From a virus, in the IMG/VR virus record IMGVR_UViG_3300024999_000065, positions 28,136 through 92,135 of that record: a stretch of 64,000 bases of DNA. One strand, written 5' to 3'. The notes under the pieces were generated by a model. That model was not told the origin of the DNA. It made no database searches and was given only the letters and a program-made list of their open reading frames with translations. Positions 19,336-30,268 of this stretch are shown here, one piece after another. The stretch's first letter is position 1. Every line of letters begins with the position of its first letter. Position numbers and translations under genes: made by a program.

Positions 19336-20667
19336 TTATATACCTTTATTATTATTCGATCTCTTTTCTGCAATATCACAATAATCCTTATTCATCTCAA
19401 AACCTATGTAATCAAATCCTAATTCTTCACAACTGACAGCATGTGTACCAGAACCTTCAAATGGATCTAAACATATACCATCAGGAGGAGTAACTAATGT
19501 AACTAAATATTTAATTAATGATAATGGTTTTACTGTAGGATGATTATTACCTTCACCACGTTCTTTTTTACTTGCTTTAGCACAATACATAAAATTTGCT
19601 TCATAATCATTATTATCATAGTTACATTGTTTGAAGAATCTACTTCCTCCACCTGTATCACCATGTTGATTTTGCATTGTAGTAATCCCTCTTAAAAATC
19701 CTGTATTAGATTCTCCTTTATAAGCATCTTTATTTTCTTTTACTTTGCCACTTTTAGTAATACCACTCTGTGAATCTAAGATTTTACCTGCATATTCATC
19801 CATAATTATATTTGCAGGAAATCTGCCTATTTGGTTAGCAGGACTTGCTTTATCTAAAGCATATTTACCATATATTTTATCATCTTTATCTGAATAATTA
19901 GTTGTTGGATTTTTAGATGCTTTTTTATCCATTATAATTTTGTCTTCTTCTGAAGATTCAACCCTACAATCATCAATATTAATTCCACCAGTGTTCCATT
20001 TTAGAACATTATCTACTATAGTTTTTTCACTTAAAGGTTTTCTTGCTACTATAATTGGTTCGTGTGCTGGTTTTAAATTCGTACCCCAACCCTCGAATTG
20101 TTTTGCTTCGTCTGTTACTGGTTCTGTAATATAACCATTACTACCATGTCTTTTTCCTATTTCAGAAGAAAATCCTGTAACATTACATGACGCTAATCCA
20201 TTTGGTTGACGATTAAAATATTTTCCTTCTCCAACAATTTCTCTTTCTGCTCCAAACTGTTTATCAATTTGTTTACTTATATCCATTGATTTGGGAAATC
20301 CACTCCCGAAAATCCAGTCAATTTGATCTCTAATTTCAAATCCTGCCAATCTTAAACTTATACACATTAAATCATATGTACGTGTTCCTGCAAAACATAA
20401 TAAGTATCCTCCTGGTTTTAATACTCTATATGCTTCTTTCCATATAGAAGGATTAGGAACAAATGAGTCCCAGTCTTTTCCCATAAATCCTTTTGAATTA
20501 TGTATGTATTCTTCATTATTTAACCAATTAGTTAATACTTCTACTATATTAGGTTGTTTAGATAATCCATAAGGTGGATCAGTGACGATTGATGATATAG
20601 AATTATCAGGTAGTAATTTCATACCTTCTTTACAATTTTGATTATAGATTTTATTTAGTTGTAACAA
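19336..20667 (-). CDS. DNA N6-adenine/N4-cytosine methyltransferase (beta class)
   Basis: TDPPY, RVLKPGG, HPTVKP, LDPFEGSGT. Confidence 0.9.
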   Translation of the reverse strand: MLQLNKIYNQNCKEGMKLLPDNSISSIVTDPPYGLSKQPNIVEVLTNWLNNEEYIHNSKGFMGKDWDSFVPNPSIWKEAYRVLKPGGYLLCFAGTRTYDLMCISLRLAGFEIRDQIDWIFGSGFPKSMDISKQIDKQFGAEREIVGEGKYFNRQPNGLASCNVTGFSSEIGKRHGSNGYITEPVTDEAKQFEGWGTNLKPAHEPIIVARKPLSEKTIVDNVLKWNTGGINIDDCRVESSEEDKIIMDKKASKNPTTNYSDKDDKIYGKYALDKASPANQIGRFPANIIMDEYAGKILDSQSGITKSGKVKENKDAYKGESNTGFLRGITTMQNQHGDTGGGSRFFKQCNYDNNDYEANFMYCAKASKKERGEGNNHPTVKPLSLIKYLVTLVTPPDGICLDPFEGSGTHAVSCEELGFDYIGFEMNKDYCDIAEKRSNNNKGI

Positions 20668-20712
20668 TAGGGGAGTCCTCCTTTTTATTTTTATATTTAT
20701 AAAATAGTTATA

Positions 20713-21321
20713 TTATTTATTTAAATCTAAATTAATAATGAGTTTATATCTATATTGTATTTTTTGCTTTTTTCTTTTTCTCTTATCTATAATAGAAAAA
20801 CCAAAACAATTTTCAATATATTTCATTACTCTATTGAATGTAATATGGCTTTTACATAAATTAAAAATATTACATTCAATTGCTTTATTCAATATCTCAT
20901 CTCTATCTTCTTTTTTATAAATCCTATATTTCTCTAAATCTTTATGAATATCAGAAATAACCCATTTAGATTCTATATATTCTAAAAAATCAAGGATATT
21001 ATGTTTTAATACAGAAATTTTAGAATTATAAATATTATAATTACTATCAAAGTCAATTTTATTTAAATACTCCTGTTCTCTTTTAATTAAATTTTCTTTA
21101 CCTTCTAATAATTCTAGTATTTTAAAATTAAATGCCAACAAACCATATGTATTAAAATCATCTTGTAATTTAAAATTATGATGTATATTCTTTATAAGAT
21201 TATCTAAATGAGTATGCCATCTAAAAGTTATATGTGTACTATGTCCTATATAAACCTTATTGTTAATTATATTAGTAATTTGATATATACCTGATAATTT
21301 ATTTAATGTAATATCTTTCAA
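20713..21321 (-). CDS. GIY-YIG endonuclease
   Basis: SGIYQI...VYIG...R.W..H...E..Y...YN. Confidence 0.8.
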   Translation of the reverse strand: MKDITLNKLSGIYQITNIINNKVYIGHSTHITFRWHTHLDNLIKNIHHNFKLQDDFNTYGLLAFNFKILELLEGKENLIKREQEYLNKIDFDSNYNIYNSKISVLKHNILDFLEYIESKWVISDIHKDLEKYRIYKKEDRDEILNKAIECNIFNLCKSHITFNRVMKYIENCFGFSIIDKRKRKKQKIQYRYKLIINLDLNK

Positions 21322-21375
21322 AAAATTATCCTCCTTTACACATTATTAATCTTTATATAATATTAATTTAATAAA

Positions 21376-23145
21376 TTATTTAAAATAATTATATCTAGTT
21401 ATTAAATAATCTTTAAGTTTATCTGGAAAAACAATGGTTGAATACGGTCTAGTAATCGCTACATATACAATATTTGTCTCTTCATAATAATCTTCTATTT
21501 TAAAATCTTTATCACTACCTCTATCTATAAATTCCTTTCTGAAAACCATAGGGATATCAAATATATCATCAGATACATAAACAGGAATAGTGAAGGTCAT
21601 GCCTTTGCTTTTATGACAGGTAGAAAATAAAACATCTGCCTTATTTTTGTCTTTAACTGTGTTATTCTTAATTCCATCAACTATTTTTGGAATAAGACTA
21701 CCATATTTTTCAACCAATCTATTAATTGCAAGTAATTCAATATCTTGCACACGTTCAGCATATTCAGTCATAGAAAAATAATCCTCAAATTTATTAAATA
21801 ATTGATTTTTTACTTTATGTCCTTGAGAGAACCAATATCCATCTTTCAATGTATTAAAATTATAACCTGAGTATCCTCCCTCGAAGTAAAGTTTAGCAAA
21901 TTTATTAGACTTTATAACTTCTATAACTTCTGCTAGAATATAAGAATTAGTTCTACATAAACAAACATAAGGTTTTGATTTATCAATTTCATGTACAATT
22001 GTTTGTTTATTATTAAATCCCTTCATATTAATATCTATTTTATAAATATCTTTAATAAGTAAATTAGCTATATTTGCAATATTTTGACTTACTCTAAAAG
22101 AAGTAGTAAGTTTATATTCTTTTCCATCAAAATGATTCATTATATTTGTTGCTTTCCTCCAACCATATATCATCTGAAACATATCACCTACAAGAACAAC
22201 ACCTGGAACATTTGATGATTTTATTATGTCTAAGATTAACATAGATCCATCCTGCATTTCATCCCCAAGAATAATGTCGAATTTTGAAGATAAATCTTTT
22301 TTACTCAAATGAAAAAGTTTAAGGTAAAAATCGTGAGTAATCTTAATATTGTTATTATAATCTTTCATTAAATTCCATAATCGTTTTGAATATTTAATAA
22401 TTAATTCTCTTTCATCTGTTGTATTACCATTTATATCTTTAAATAATTCTAATTCTTCAAATTCTATTACATCAGATAGCATATATTCTTTCATCATTGC
22501 ATTTATTTTTACTGCTAATTCCATATCTCTATCCCAATCTAATTTTAAATCTTTAATAACATCAACAGCATTATAATTTAAAGTTAATTTATTTTTATAA
22601 AATTTTCCTACATAACCATAGGCTAATCCATGTTGAGTTTTTATTGTGACATGATGTAATTTAGTATATAATTTATCTGCTTCATCCTTCATTGATCGGT
22701 TATACACAATATAGAGAATTTTTTTAAAGGGACGTGTTTTAGCATAGTAATATAAAGTCGTGGATTTGCTAGAACCTGCTAATGCAGCAATTTTAATTTT
22801 TTCTTCCTTTGCAAATATAATATCTTTCTGTTCTTGCGTTAAATAATATCCTTCTTCAGACATATAATCAGACAATTCAATATTAACATCATCAAATGAT
22901 TTGTTGTAATATTCATTTTTTAATATATCTAAATCTTTTTCAGATAATATTTTTTCATTATTCTTTAACATTAAATTAAATTTTAATTCACAATCTTCAC
23001 TCCCATTAGGATGAGAAAAATATTGTCTACTAATACCAAAGTTCCTTATTAATTCTTCTTTACATACTGGACATATGTATGTTTCTTCTTTAATAGATTC
23101 TATAATATCTACTAATTTCCCATATTTATTTAATGCTTTTTTCAT
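21376..23145 (-). CDS. UvrD/Rep-like SF1 helicase with N-terminal zinc finger
   Basis: Variant Walker A ALAGSSKS, DEMQD, VGD..Q.IYGWR, SFR, CHKSKG, YVAITRP; N-terminal CPVC...H. Confidence 0.85.
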   Translation of the reverse strand: MKKALNKYGKLVDIIESIKEETYICPVCKEELIRNFGISRQYFSHPNGSEDCELKFNLMLKNNEKILSEKDLDILKNEYYNKSFDDVNIELSDYMSEEGYYLTQEQKDIIFAKEEKIKIAALAGSSKSTTLYYYAKTRPFKKILYIVYNRSMKDEADKLYTKLHHVTIKTQHGLAYGYVGKFYKNKLTLNYNAVDVIKDLKLDWDRDMELAVKINAMMKEYMLSDVIEFEELELFKDINGNTTDERELIIKYSKRLWNLMKDYNNNIKITHDFYLKLFHLSKKDLSSKFDIILGDEMQDGSMLILDIIKSSNVPGVVLVGDMFQMIYGWRKATNIMNHFDGKEYKLTTSFRVSQNIANIANLLIKDIYKIDINMKGFNNKQTIVHEIDKSKPYVCLCRTNSYILAEVIEVIKSNKFAKLYFEGGYSGYNFNTLKDGYWFSQGHKVKNQLFNKFEDYFSMTEYAERVQDIELLAINRLVEKYGSLIPKIVDGIKNNTVKDKNKADVLFSTCHKSKGMTFTIPVYVSDDIFDIPMVFRKEFIDRGSDKDFKIEDYYEETNIVYVAITRPYSTIVFPDKLKDYLITRYNYFK

Positions 23146-23178
23146 GTGTTAATTTTATCTCCTTTTTAATTTATTTAA

Positions 23179-24339
23179 TTAATGTTTATTATTTAAATCA
23201 TTAACATTAATATGATTCTTTTCTGCTGCTGTGATTATTATTTCTTTAGTTAAATCTCTATTAATATCTTTAGGTACAGTTAATTCAGATAATGATTTAA
23301 AATCATTTATATATGTATCTGCTAATCTAAATTTTTTTATATAATTAATTTCTTTTGGGTCTGCATTACAATCTTCCAATAATTTATTTAATTTATCTTG
23401 TTCTCTTTTATTAACTCTTTTTGCTTTATCTTTAATATAATCAATAAAAATATTATTAAAATTTTCAATAAATTTTTCATCATTATAATCTACTATATAA
23501 TCAAATTTAGATAGAACTTTTTGAACTTCTATTTTATTTTTACAAAAAATATTATATGCTTGATATGTAAATAAAATTTTTCTTTTAAAAAGTAATTCAC
23601 TTAATTTCTTTTTATATATTTCAGATTTTAATCCATAAAATTTTTCTCTATTATCAGTGATTCCAGCTTCTTCTTTTGCTTTATTTTCACAATCAATTAC
23701 AAATTTTCTGTCTTCATCTGAGATAATTTCATCTGGTGAATTACAATCATAATTAATATTGATTCCACTAATACTTTCATTACGAATTAATTTTCTAACT
23801 TTAGTAACTGAATCAAATTCTATCAAATCTAATCCACTTGAATTGCTTAAAATTTTTAATACTTTTTCCAAATAGTACCTAATACAATCATCCATTTTAT
23901 CAAAATAATCAAAAATAATATCACTATTCAATTTTAAATGTTCACCACTTCTTTTTTGATTAATTCTAATAAATGAATAATTACTATTAATTATCTCAAA
24001 CCTTTGTGCCCATTTTATAAAAGATAAAGTTATTTTATAATTTTCATCTTGTTCAGTTAATAATTTAGTTAATATTATAGGAGTTATGTATTGTGATAAA
24101 CCCTTAAATAATGGTAAAATTAATCCATCTTTATCAATATCAATATTAGAAACTTTATGTATAATAAATTTACCTTGTCCTACATCTTCTATTTCACAAA
24201 ATTTACTTGCTTTAGTTAAAATTCTTGTTTTTGCTGTACTATTTAATTTTTTATCTCTTTTATAATTAAATATTTGTTTGTCTGTACCAAAATAATCTAA
24301 TAACTTTTTAGTATCTATTTCTCCCACTTTTAATTTCAT
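23179..24339 (-). CDS. Hypothetical protein
   Basis: 386 aa with AGGAG RBS; no motif recognised. Confidence 0.75.
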   Translation of the reverse strand: MKLKVGEIDTKKLLDYFGTDKQIFNYKRDKKLNSTAKTRILTKASKFCEIEDVGQGKFIIHKVSNIDIDKDGLILPLFKGLSQYITPIILTKLLTEQDENYKITLSFIKWAQRFEIINSNYSFIRINQKRSGEHLKLNSDIIFDYFDKMDDCIRYYLEKVLKILSNSSGLDLIEFDSVTKVRKLIRNESISGININYDCNSPDEIISDEDRKFVIDCENKAKEEAGITDNREKFYGLKSEIYKKKLSELLFKRKILFTYQAYNIFCKNKIEVQKVLSKFDYIVDYNDEKFIENFNNIFIDYIKDKAKRVNKREQDKLNKLLEDCNADPKEINYIKKFRLADTYINDFKSLSELTVPKDINRDLTKEIIITAAEKNHINVNDLNNKH

Positions 24340-24709
24340 AAAATAGCATCTACTCCTTATTATTAATGGATTTATTTTATTTTTTATGTGCTACAAAGTT
24401 TTCTAATAAGTATTTATATATGTAGACAAATTGTAGTACATACAAACACACTATAAACACAATTATATTAATACTTTGTTAACTATTTAATCAATAAAAA
24501 TAATATTATCTTTTAAATACTAAAAAATAAAATCCACAAACAATTAATACAGAAATTAAATGCACCTTTTCCACCTCCTTTAATAATATTAATATTAATA
24601 TATTTTAACTTGTTTACATTATACACAATAATAAAATAAATGTCAACACTTATTTATATATTATTATTATATAAATAAAAAATAATAAAAAATAAATATT
24701 TGGACAGAT

Positions 24710-24739
24710 TTATTTTCCCCGTTTAAACGGGGAAAATAA
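24710..24739. repeat. Perfect 30-bp palindrome
   Basis: TTATTTTCCCCGTTTAAACGGGGAAAATAA. Confidence 0.9.
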
Positions 24740-24890
24740 TATGGACAAAAAACCGCTGAAAGCGGAACATATACTTTTCCTGTCCATATTATACTAAATA
24801 CTAACATAGAAGTCAATAGAATAATAAAATAAATATTAATAAATAATATACTTCATAAAATATACCTAAAACTACAAATATAATTCACAT

Positions 24891-25733
24891 CTACAAACCA
24901 ATCCTCAAATTATTAATTTTCTTCTTAATATTTTCTTTTCTTGCATGAGTATATTTGCCACTGGTTGAAATAGAGGAGTGCCCTAATTGATCTTGTAATT
25001 CAGGCAATGTTAATATACCTTGTTCTTGTGTAGACGTTGCCCAGTTATGGCGAAGTGAATGCACTCCAACCTTACAATTACCATAACTATTAAATATATA
25101 ATTAATTGTACTTTTATCTAGTTTCTCACTTCTTTCAGATAAAAATATATATTGACTATTAGCAAATTTATATTTTTCTCTAATTTTTAAATAATCTTTA
25201 ATAACATTTATTGCAATATCATTTAATAATACAGTTCTTTCCTTATCACCTTTACCAATTAACTTCAATTCTCCTTTTTCTATATCTAAATTTCTCAATT
25301 TTAAATTTGTAATTTCTTCTCTCCTAATTCCTGTATGAGCAATAAGAAAAACAATAGCAATATTTCTATCTCTATGCAAACTATACTTATTACTAACCTT
25401 ATCTAAAAAATCAGATACTTGTAATTCTGTTATATTTGTTGGATTTCCTTTACCTTGTATTTTAATGAAATCTCGCTTTATAATTTTTATACTATCAATT
25501 AATCCTAACATTAATAAAAATTCATTAAACGATTTAATTGCAGATAACTTCCTATTAATAGAACTAGATGATAAACCACTAATATCATCTTTATATTTAA
25601 TAATAGAATCTCTACTAATCTCATCATGTAATGTAAAGAAATGATTTAAGTCTGACACATATGATGATATTGTATTATTTGATTTTGCTTGATTAATTAA
25701 ATAATTTTTATATTGCTCAATTTTATTTTTCAT
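24891..25733 (-). CDS. Tyrosine recombinase (XerD-like)
   Basis: TGIR, GKGDK, HSLRH, LGH, KYTH catalytic residues; N-terminal SAM-like domain. Confidence 0.9.
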   Translation of the reverse strand: MKNKIEQYKNYLINQAKSNNTISSYVSDLNHFFTLHDEISRDSIIKYKDDISGLSSSSINRKLSAIKSFNEFLLMLGLIDSIKIIKRDFIKIQGKGNPTNITELQVSDFLDKVSNKYSLHRDRNIAIVFLIAHTGIRREEITNLKLRNLDIEKGELKLIGKGDKERTVLLNDIAINVIKDYLKIREKYKFANSQYIFLSERSEKLDKSTINYIFNSYGNCKVGVHSLRHNWATSTQEQGILTLPELQDQLGHSSISTSGKYTHARKENIKKKINNLRIGL

Positions 25734-26008
25734 ATTATATACTCCTTTTGTAATTTATTTGTAAAATAATTCTACCATAATAATATTATTGTTGTCAATA
25801 TGAATATAAAAATAATTTTATAATATTTATTGCAAAAACATCACCTAAATATTACCTATCATAAATCACATCCCACACAAATATACTCAAATATAAAGTT
25901 TAAGACGATTCTAAATAATATGCAACAGACCAATTTACTAACTATTGTTAAGACGATTTTTAAGACCACTGAATTATCACATTTAATAAACAAAAAGGAG
26001 GATAGGAA

Positions 26009-26278
26009 ATGAGAATATCATTTAAATTAAACAGAGAATATGATACAGAATTAATCAAACAATTAGAAAAATATAAGGATAGAAATTTATCACAAGTTAT
26101 TAGAAAGATATTAAGAGATAATCTAGTTAATAAGAATAATAAAGTTGAAGTTGAAGATGTATTTGCTGAAGATAAACCTGCATCCAATACGGATAATGTT
26201 GAAGTTAGGAAGATTAATAAGAAAACAGAGATTAATAAATCTAAATCAATTAAATGGAATAATCCAAAATTAAAATAA
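26009..26278 (+). CDS. Small putative DNA-binding protein (ribbon-helix-helix-like)
   Basis: RISFKL...LSQVIRKIL; AGGAGG RBS. Confidence 0.55.
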   Translation: MRISFKLNREYDTELIKQLEKYKDRNLSQVIRKILRDNLVNKNNKVEVEDVFAEDKPASNTDNVEVRKINKKTEINKSKSIKWNNPKLK

Positions 26279-26300
26279 TAAAAATATAAGGAGGTATACC

Positions 26301-26588
26301 ATGTATAAATATATCTTCATCCTAATTTGTTTACTATACCCCACCCCTTGCTATGCAATGACAGTATATGGTTTAATGCAAGAAACTGTTGGAGTAGGTA
26401 AACCAGGATTTGCTATATTATTAATAGTAGGTTTTGCTATTGCTGCTTTTATAGGAGAGCAAATATGTAAAATAATAGGTAAGCAAAATTTTGCTGTATT
26501 GGTAGTAATAGTTGCTACATTTGCAGCCACACTTACAATGTTAAATTCAGGTTTAGAAATAGTGAATAAATTATTAGCATATTTCTAG
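26301..26588 (+). CDS. Small membrane protein (SpoIIIAC/AD-like or pilin-like)
   Basis: Signal-like N-terminus (PCYA) and two hydrophobic helices joined by IGKQNFA. Confidence 0.6.
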   Translation: MYKYIFILICLLYPTPCYAMTVYGLMQETVGVGKPGFAILLIVGFAIAAFIGEQICKIIGKQNFAVLVVIVATFAATLTMLNSGLEIVNKLLAYF

Positions 26589-26598
26589 GAGTGATAAA

Positions 26599-26997
26599 AT
26601 GCTATTAATAATTCCAATATTAATATTTGTAATAACTTGTTTATGTCTACCTCAGTTAATGATACAGACACTAATAGGAGTATTTGGATATGTGATTTGT
26701 AGAGCATTGAGTAAGAGGAATATGGCAAAAATGATAATTGTTATAACTATATTTTCTTGTTTGAGTATTATTATGGAAAAAGTATTACCTATAATTGAAG
26801 AGGAACAAAAGAAACAAAAATATGTAGAAGAAAAAATAGATTATATTAAGAAATATATTGATCCAACTGCTAAATTATATACTCAAGAACAAGTAGATAA
26901 ATATATTGATGATAAAATAAATGATGGTATGCCTGATAAATTAAAATTTATTAATCAGTATCCTAAAGTTAAATATGATAAAAATAAAGAGGAGTGA
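26599..26997 (+). CDS. Membrane protein
   Basis: Hydrophobic N-terminal helices, soluble tail. Confidence 0.65.
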   Translation: MLLIIPILIFVITCLCLPQLMIQTLIGVFGYVICRALSKRNMAKMIIVITIFSCLSIIMEKVLPIIEEEQKKQKYVEEKIDYIKKYIDPTAKLYTQEQVDKYIDDKINDGMPDKLKFINQYPKVKYDKNKEE

Positions 26998-27686
26998 TTA
27001 ATAAAATGATACAGAGTATATTTATCAATAAATGTATAGTAGGAATAATGGCATTGTTCGTTATGTTTGGTATGAATAATTTATTGTTTACTAAACATGG
27101 AGTGATAGATGCTAAAATTTATAGACATGAAAAAACTCAATATGGTAATAAATTTTATGGTGATTTGATTATTGGAGATAAAAAAATGCCAATCATAATA
27201 AATGTTGAGGAAGATACTAACAATAAAACATATAATTACAATGAAGATAAAACTTATGATGAAAATAAGCAATATAATGAAAATAAACAACATAATATTA
27301 ACAATAATATCAATAAAAAAGAGGAAATAATTAATAAAAATGAACAAAAAATAAATAATAATTCTAATATTAATAAGAAGGAAGATAAGCATAATGAAAA
27401 TATTAAGATAACTGATGATAAGACACCTGGAAGTTTTACTGTAACAATTAAAAATGATAAAGGTGAAGAAAGAATTATATATCGTGATATGGGAAGTAGA
27501 GAAATGTCAGAGATAGATGGTAAATGTTTTGGGAAAATAATTGATGGAGTAATGGAGGATATAAGTAAAAGTAGAGATGGAAGTATACGAAAAGGTGTTA
27601 TTGAGAAAATAAAAGGATTTAAGGATTATCTAAATAAACCAAAAGAAAGTAAATTGAATAAATGGGTAGATAAAATTAAGAAATAA
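26994..27686 (+). CDS. Membrane-anchored protein with Asn-rich linker
   Basis: N-terminal hydrophobic segment; low-complexity N/E/K region. Confidence 0.65.
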   Translation: MINKMIQSIFINKCIVGIMALFVMFGMNNLLFTKHGVIDAKIYRHEKTQYGNKFYGDLIIGDKKMPIIINVEEDTNNKTYNYNEDKTYDENKQYNENKQHNINNNINKKEEIINKNEQKINNNSNINKKEDKHNENIKITDDKTPGSFTVTIKNDKGEERIIYRDMGSREMSEIDGKCFGKIIDGVMEDISKSRDGSIRKGVIEKIKGFKDYLNKPKESKLNKWVDKIKK

Positions 27687-27718
27687 AAATATATTATAAG
27701 AGATAGTAGACAGTAAAA

Positions 27719-27751
27719 TTGCTTATGGGATTATGTTTCACCCATAAGCAA
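27719..27751. terminator. Bidirectional terminator between convergent genes
   Basis: TTGCTTATGGG/CCCATAAGCAA. Confidence 0.7.
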
Positions 27752-27759
27752 AATAAAAA

Positions 27760-28848
27760 TTAATAATTTATATTCATATTGTTATAATATTTTTCATAAT
27801 TACCACTTTTTAAATTAGTACCTGCGTTTTCACCATATAATTCTATTGCTTTTTTGTCATATGCTTGTGCTGCATCTATTACATTATTAAAAGATCCTAT
27901 GTATATACTCTTTTTATTATAATTTATATATGCTTCATATTTATTTCTATTATTTTTCCAATGTACACCTGTGAATCCTGATTTATTTTTACGTGTTTTA
28001 TTTTGGTCATTAAAACCTTCAGTAACAACTCTTAAATTAGATTTTCTATTATTTAGAGTATTTTGATCTATATGGTCTACTACTAAATTATTTATTGGTT
28101 GACCTATTACAAACCAATATGCTCTAATATGACAATTGTTATTTGTAGTGGATAAATAACCCTTATTATCTTGCCAATTATAACATTTTAATATATCTTT
28201 ATATTCTTTATCAAAAATATAATTATTGTCAGAATTAGATGGAATAAGTATAATAAAATTATCTTTTTCTATAATAGTAGAATTTTTAAAATAATCTATT
28301 TGTAAATTATCTTTTCTATAATCAAAATAATTATTATTTTTAAATTTAATATAATATTTATTTCGTTCACTTTTGCATTTTAATAAAAAATTTGATAAAG
28401 TAGTATTTAGATTCCTAGTTTCTAGTAAATTACTTTTATATTTTATATGCCATGTAAATTTGCTAATTTTATCATAATCTTCAATATCTAAAATATACTT
28501 ATTATTATTTAATATTAAATATACTATAGTATTATCAGAATCATCAAAACAAAATATATTTCCTTTTTGATATTTATCAGTTATTAATAAATTATTTTTA
28601 GTAAGGTTAAATATATTATTATCTTTATATTTAATATATTTATATTTATCATTATGAATATTCATTAAAAATCTATGTAGTAGTAAATTATTTATTCTTT
28701 CGACAATATATTTATTCTTTTCAAATACCCAACTAAAATTTTTAATCTTATCATAATCCTCCTTATCTAATGTAAATTTAATATCTGGTTTATTAGTAGG
28801 ATATAAGTACATTAAATTTCCTTCAAATTCTATCCTGTTCTTTTTCAA
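27760..28848 (-). CDS. HNH-AP2 homing endonuclease with degenerate N-terminal repeats
   Basis: VDHIDQNTLNNRKSNLR (HNH); SGFTGVHW...YIGSF...AAQAYD (AP2); own TTGACC-17-TATAAT promoter. Confidence 0.85.
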   Translation of the reverse strand: MKKNRIEFEGNLMYLYPTNKPDIKFTLDKEDYDKIKNFSWVFEKNKYIVERINNLLLHRFLMNIHNDKYKYIKYKDNNIFNLTKNNLLITDKYQKGNIFCFDDSDNTIVYLILNNNKYILDIEDYDKISKFTWHIKYKSNLLETRNLNTTLSNFLLKCKSERNKYYIKFKNNNYFDYRKDNLQIDYFKNSTIIEKDNFIILIPSNSDNNYIFDKEYKDILKCYNWQDNKGYLSTTNNNCHIRAYWFVIGQPINNLVVDHIDQNTLNNRKSNLRVVTEGFNDQNKTRKNKSGFTGVHWKNNRNKYEAYINYNKKSIYIGSFNNVIDAAQAYDKKAIELYGENAGTNLKSGNYEKYYNNMNINY

Positions 28849-28960
28849 AATAAATCTCTCCTTTAAATTTTATTTGTTTTATGTGTATTATAGCATATTT
28901 AAATTATATGGTCAAGCATATATTTATATTAATATTCTATAAGAAGGGAGTAATTATATT

Positions 28961-30268
28961 ATGGTAGATAAGAATAAGATTAAAGAAAATTTTGCTAAGT
29001 ATCTTCAACAATTATCATATAATCCTGTTAAAGTTAAGAAACCAGAAGATTTAAAAACTTCAATAAAGAAAATGATTAGAAATAGAAAAGGTAGAGAAAT
29101 AGAAGCAGAGATAGAAAATGTATTCATACAAACTAATTGTTATAATTCCGAAGGTAAATATCCATACCATATAGCAACAAATAAAAAGAATGATAATTGC
29201 GTTCAAGTAATGTTTAAATTGCCATATGGATTAAATTATAAATCAATTATTGATAAGGTTAAATATTTCTCTGATTCTATGACGGCACAAGTTAATATAG
29301 AAAATAGAAGAGGATTATTAATGATAGAAGTATTTAAAGGTATCATACCTGAAAAATATAGATATAACTTTAATTATATTGAACATATGGATAAAATTAT
29401 TCCTATCCCTATAGGTGTTAGTGTTAATGGTATGCCAATAATTGTTGACTTAGCTATAGTCCCACATATTATATTAGGAGGTGTAACAAGATCAGGTAAG
29501 AGTATTTTGCTTACAGGAATTTCTGATTCCCTAATGCAGAATCATAATGTTAAATTATTTATTATTGATTTAGCAATGACTGATTTTGTACATTTAAAGG
29601 ATTATTGTGTATTTGGATATAATTTAAATAATGCAGAGATTATATTAGAATATTTAATGCAAGAATTAGAAAGAAGAAGATATTTACTTGTTGAAGGCAA
29701 TTGTGTAAATCTTATTAAATACAATGAAAAATATCCTGATAATAAAATGAAATATTATGTGTTAATTATTGATGAATTTGCTTTTACTTCTCCTAGAAAA
29801 AGTGATGATAAAGATACAAAAAAACGTAGACAAAGATTACAAAGTATTGTTACTGATTTAGGTATGATGTCTGCTAAAACTGGAATACATTTAATTATAG
29901 CAATGCAAAGACCATCTAAAGAATTAATACCTATGGAAATAAAATCAAATTTTCCATGTGCTATAAGTTTTAAATGTGTTAATTTTGGAACATCTATGAC
30001 AATATTAGGAAATACAGATGCTTATTATTTGCCTAATATTAAAGGTAGAATGATATTTCAATATGGATCTAGACAAATGGAATTACAGGCTATGTTATTA
30101 GAGCAAGAAGAAGCAATAGAAAGACTTAGGATGTATGATAAGATAGATGATAAATTTAATAATTATAATAAAGCATCATACTTCCATAAAGGTGATGATA
30201 TTTATGTTGGAGAACAATTTCAAATACAAGAACATGAACACCAGACAAAAAGGTTATTACCGAGATAA
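28961..30268 (+). CDS. FtsK/SpoIIIE-family ATPase
   Basis: PHIILGGVTRSGKS (Walker A), LIIDEF (Walker B), GIHLIIAMQRP, GR finger. Confidence 0.9.
   Translation: MVDKNKIKENFAKYLQQLSYNPVKVKKPEDLKTSIKKMIRNRKGREIEAEIENVFIQTNCYNSEGKYPYHIATNKKNDNCVQVMFKLPYGLNYKSIIDKVKYFSDSMTAQVNIENRRGLLMIEVFKGIIPEKYRYNFNYIEHMDKIIPIPIGVSVNGMPIIVDLAIVPHIILGGVTRSGKSILLTGISDSLMQNHNVKLFIIDLAMTDFVHLKDYCVFGYNLNNAEIILEYLMQELERRRYLLVEGNCVNLIKYNEKYPDNKMKYYVLIIDEFAFTSPRKSDDKDTKKRRQRLQSIVTDLGMMSAKTGIHLIIAMQRPSKELIPMEIKSNFPCAISFKCVNFGTSMTILGNTDAYYLPNIKGRMIFQYGSRQMELQAMLLEQEEAIERLRMYDKIDDKFNNYNKASYFHKGDDIYVGEQFQIQEHEHQTKRLLPR

Noticed and set aside
28890-28925. Possible sigma-E/sigma-G promoter (GCATA...CATATAT) for ftsK
   Set aside because: Spacing is off, and the bases are explained by the opposite-strand TTGACC-17-TATAAT promoter of the HNH gene
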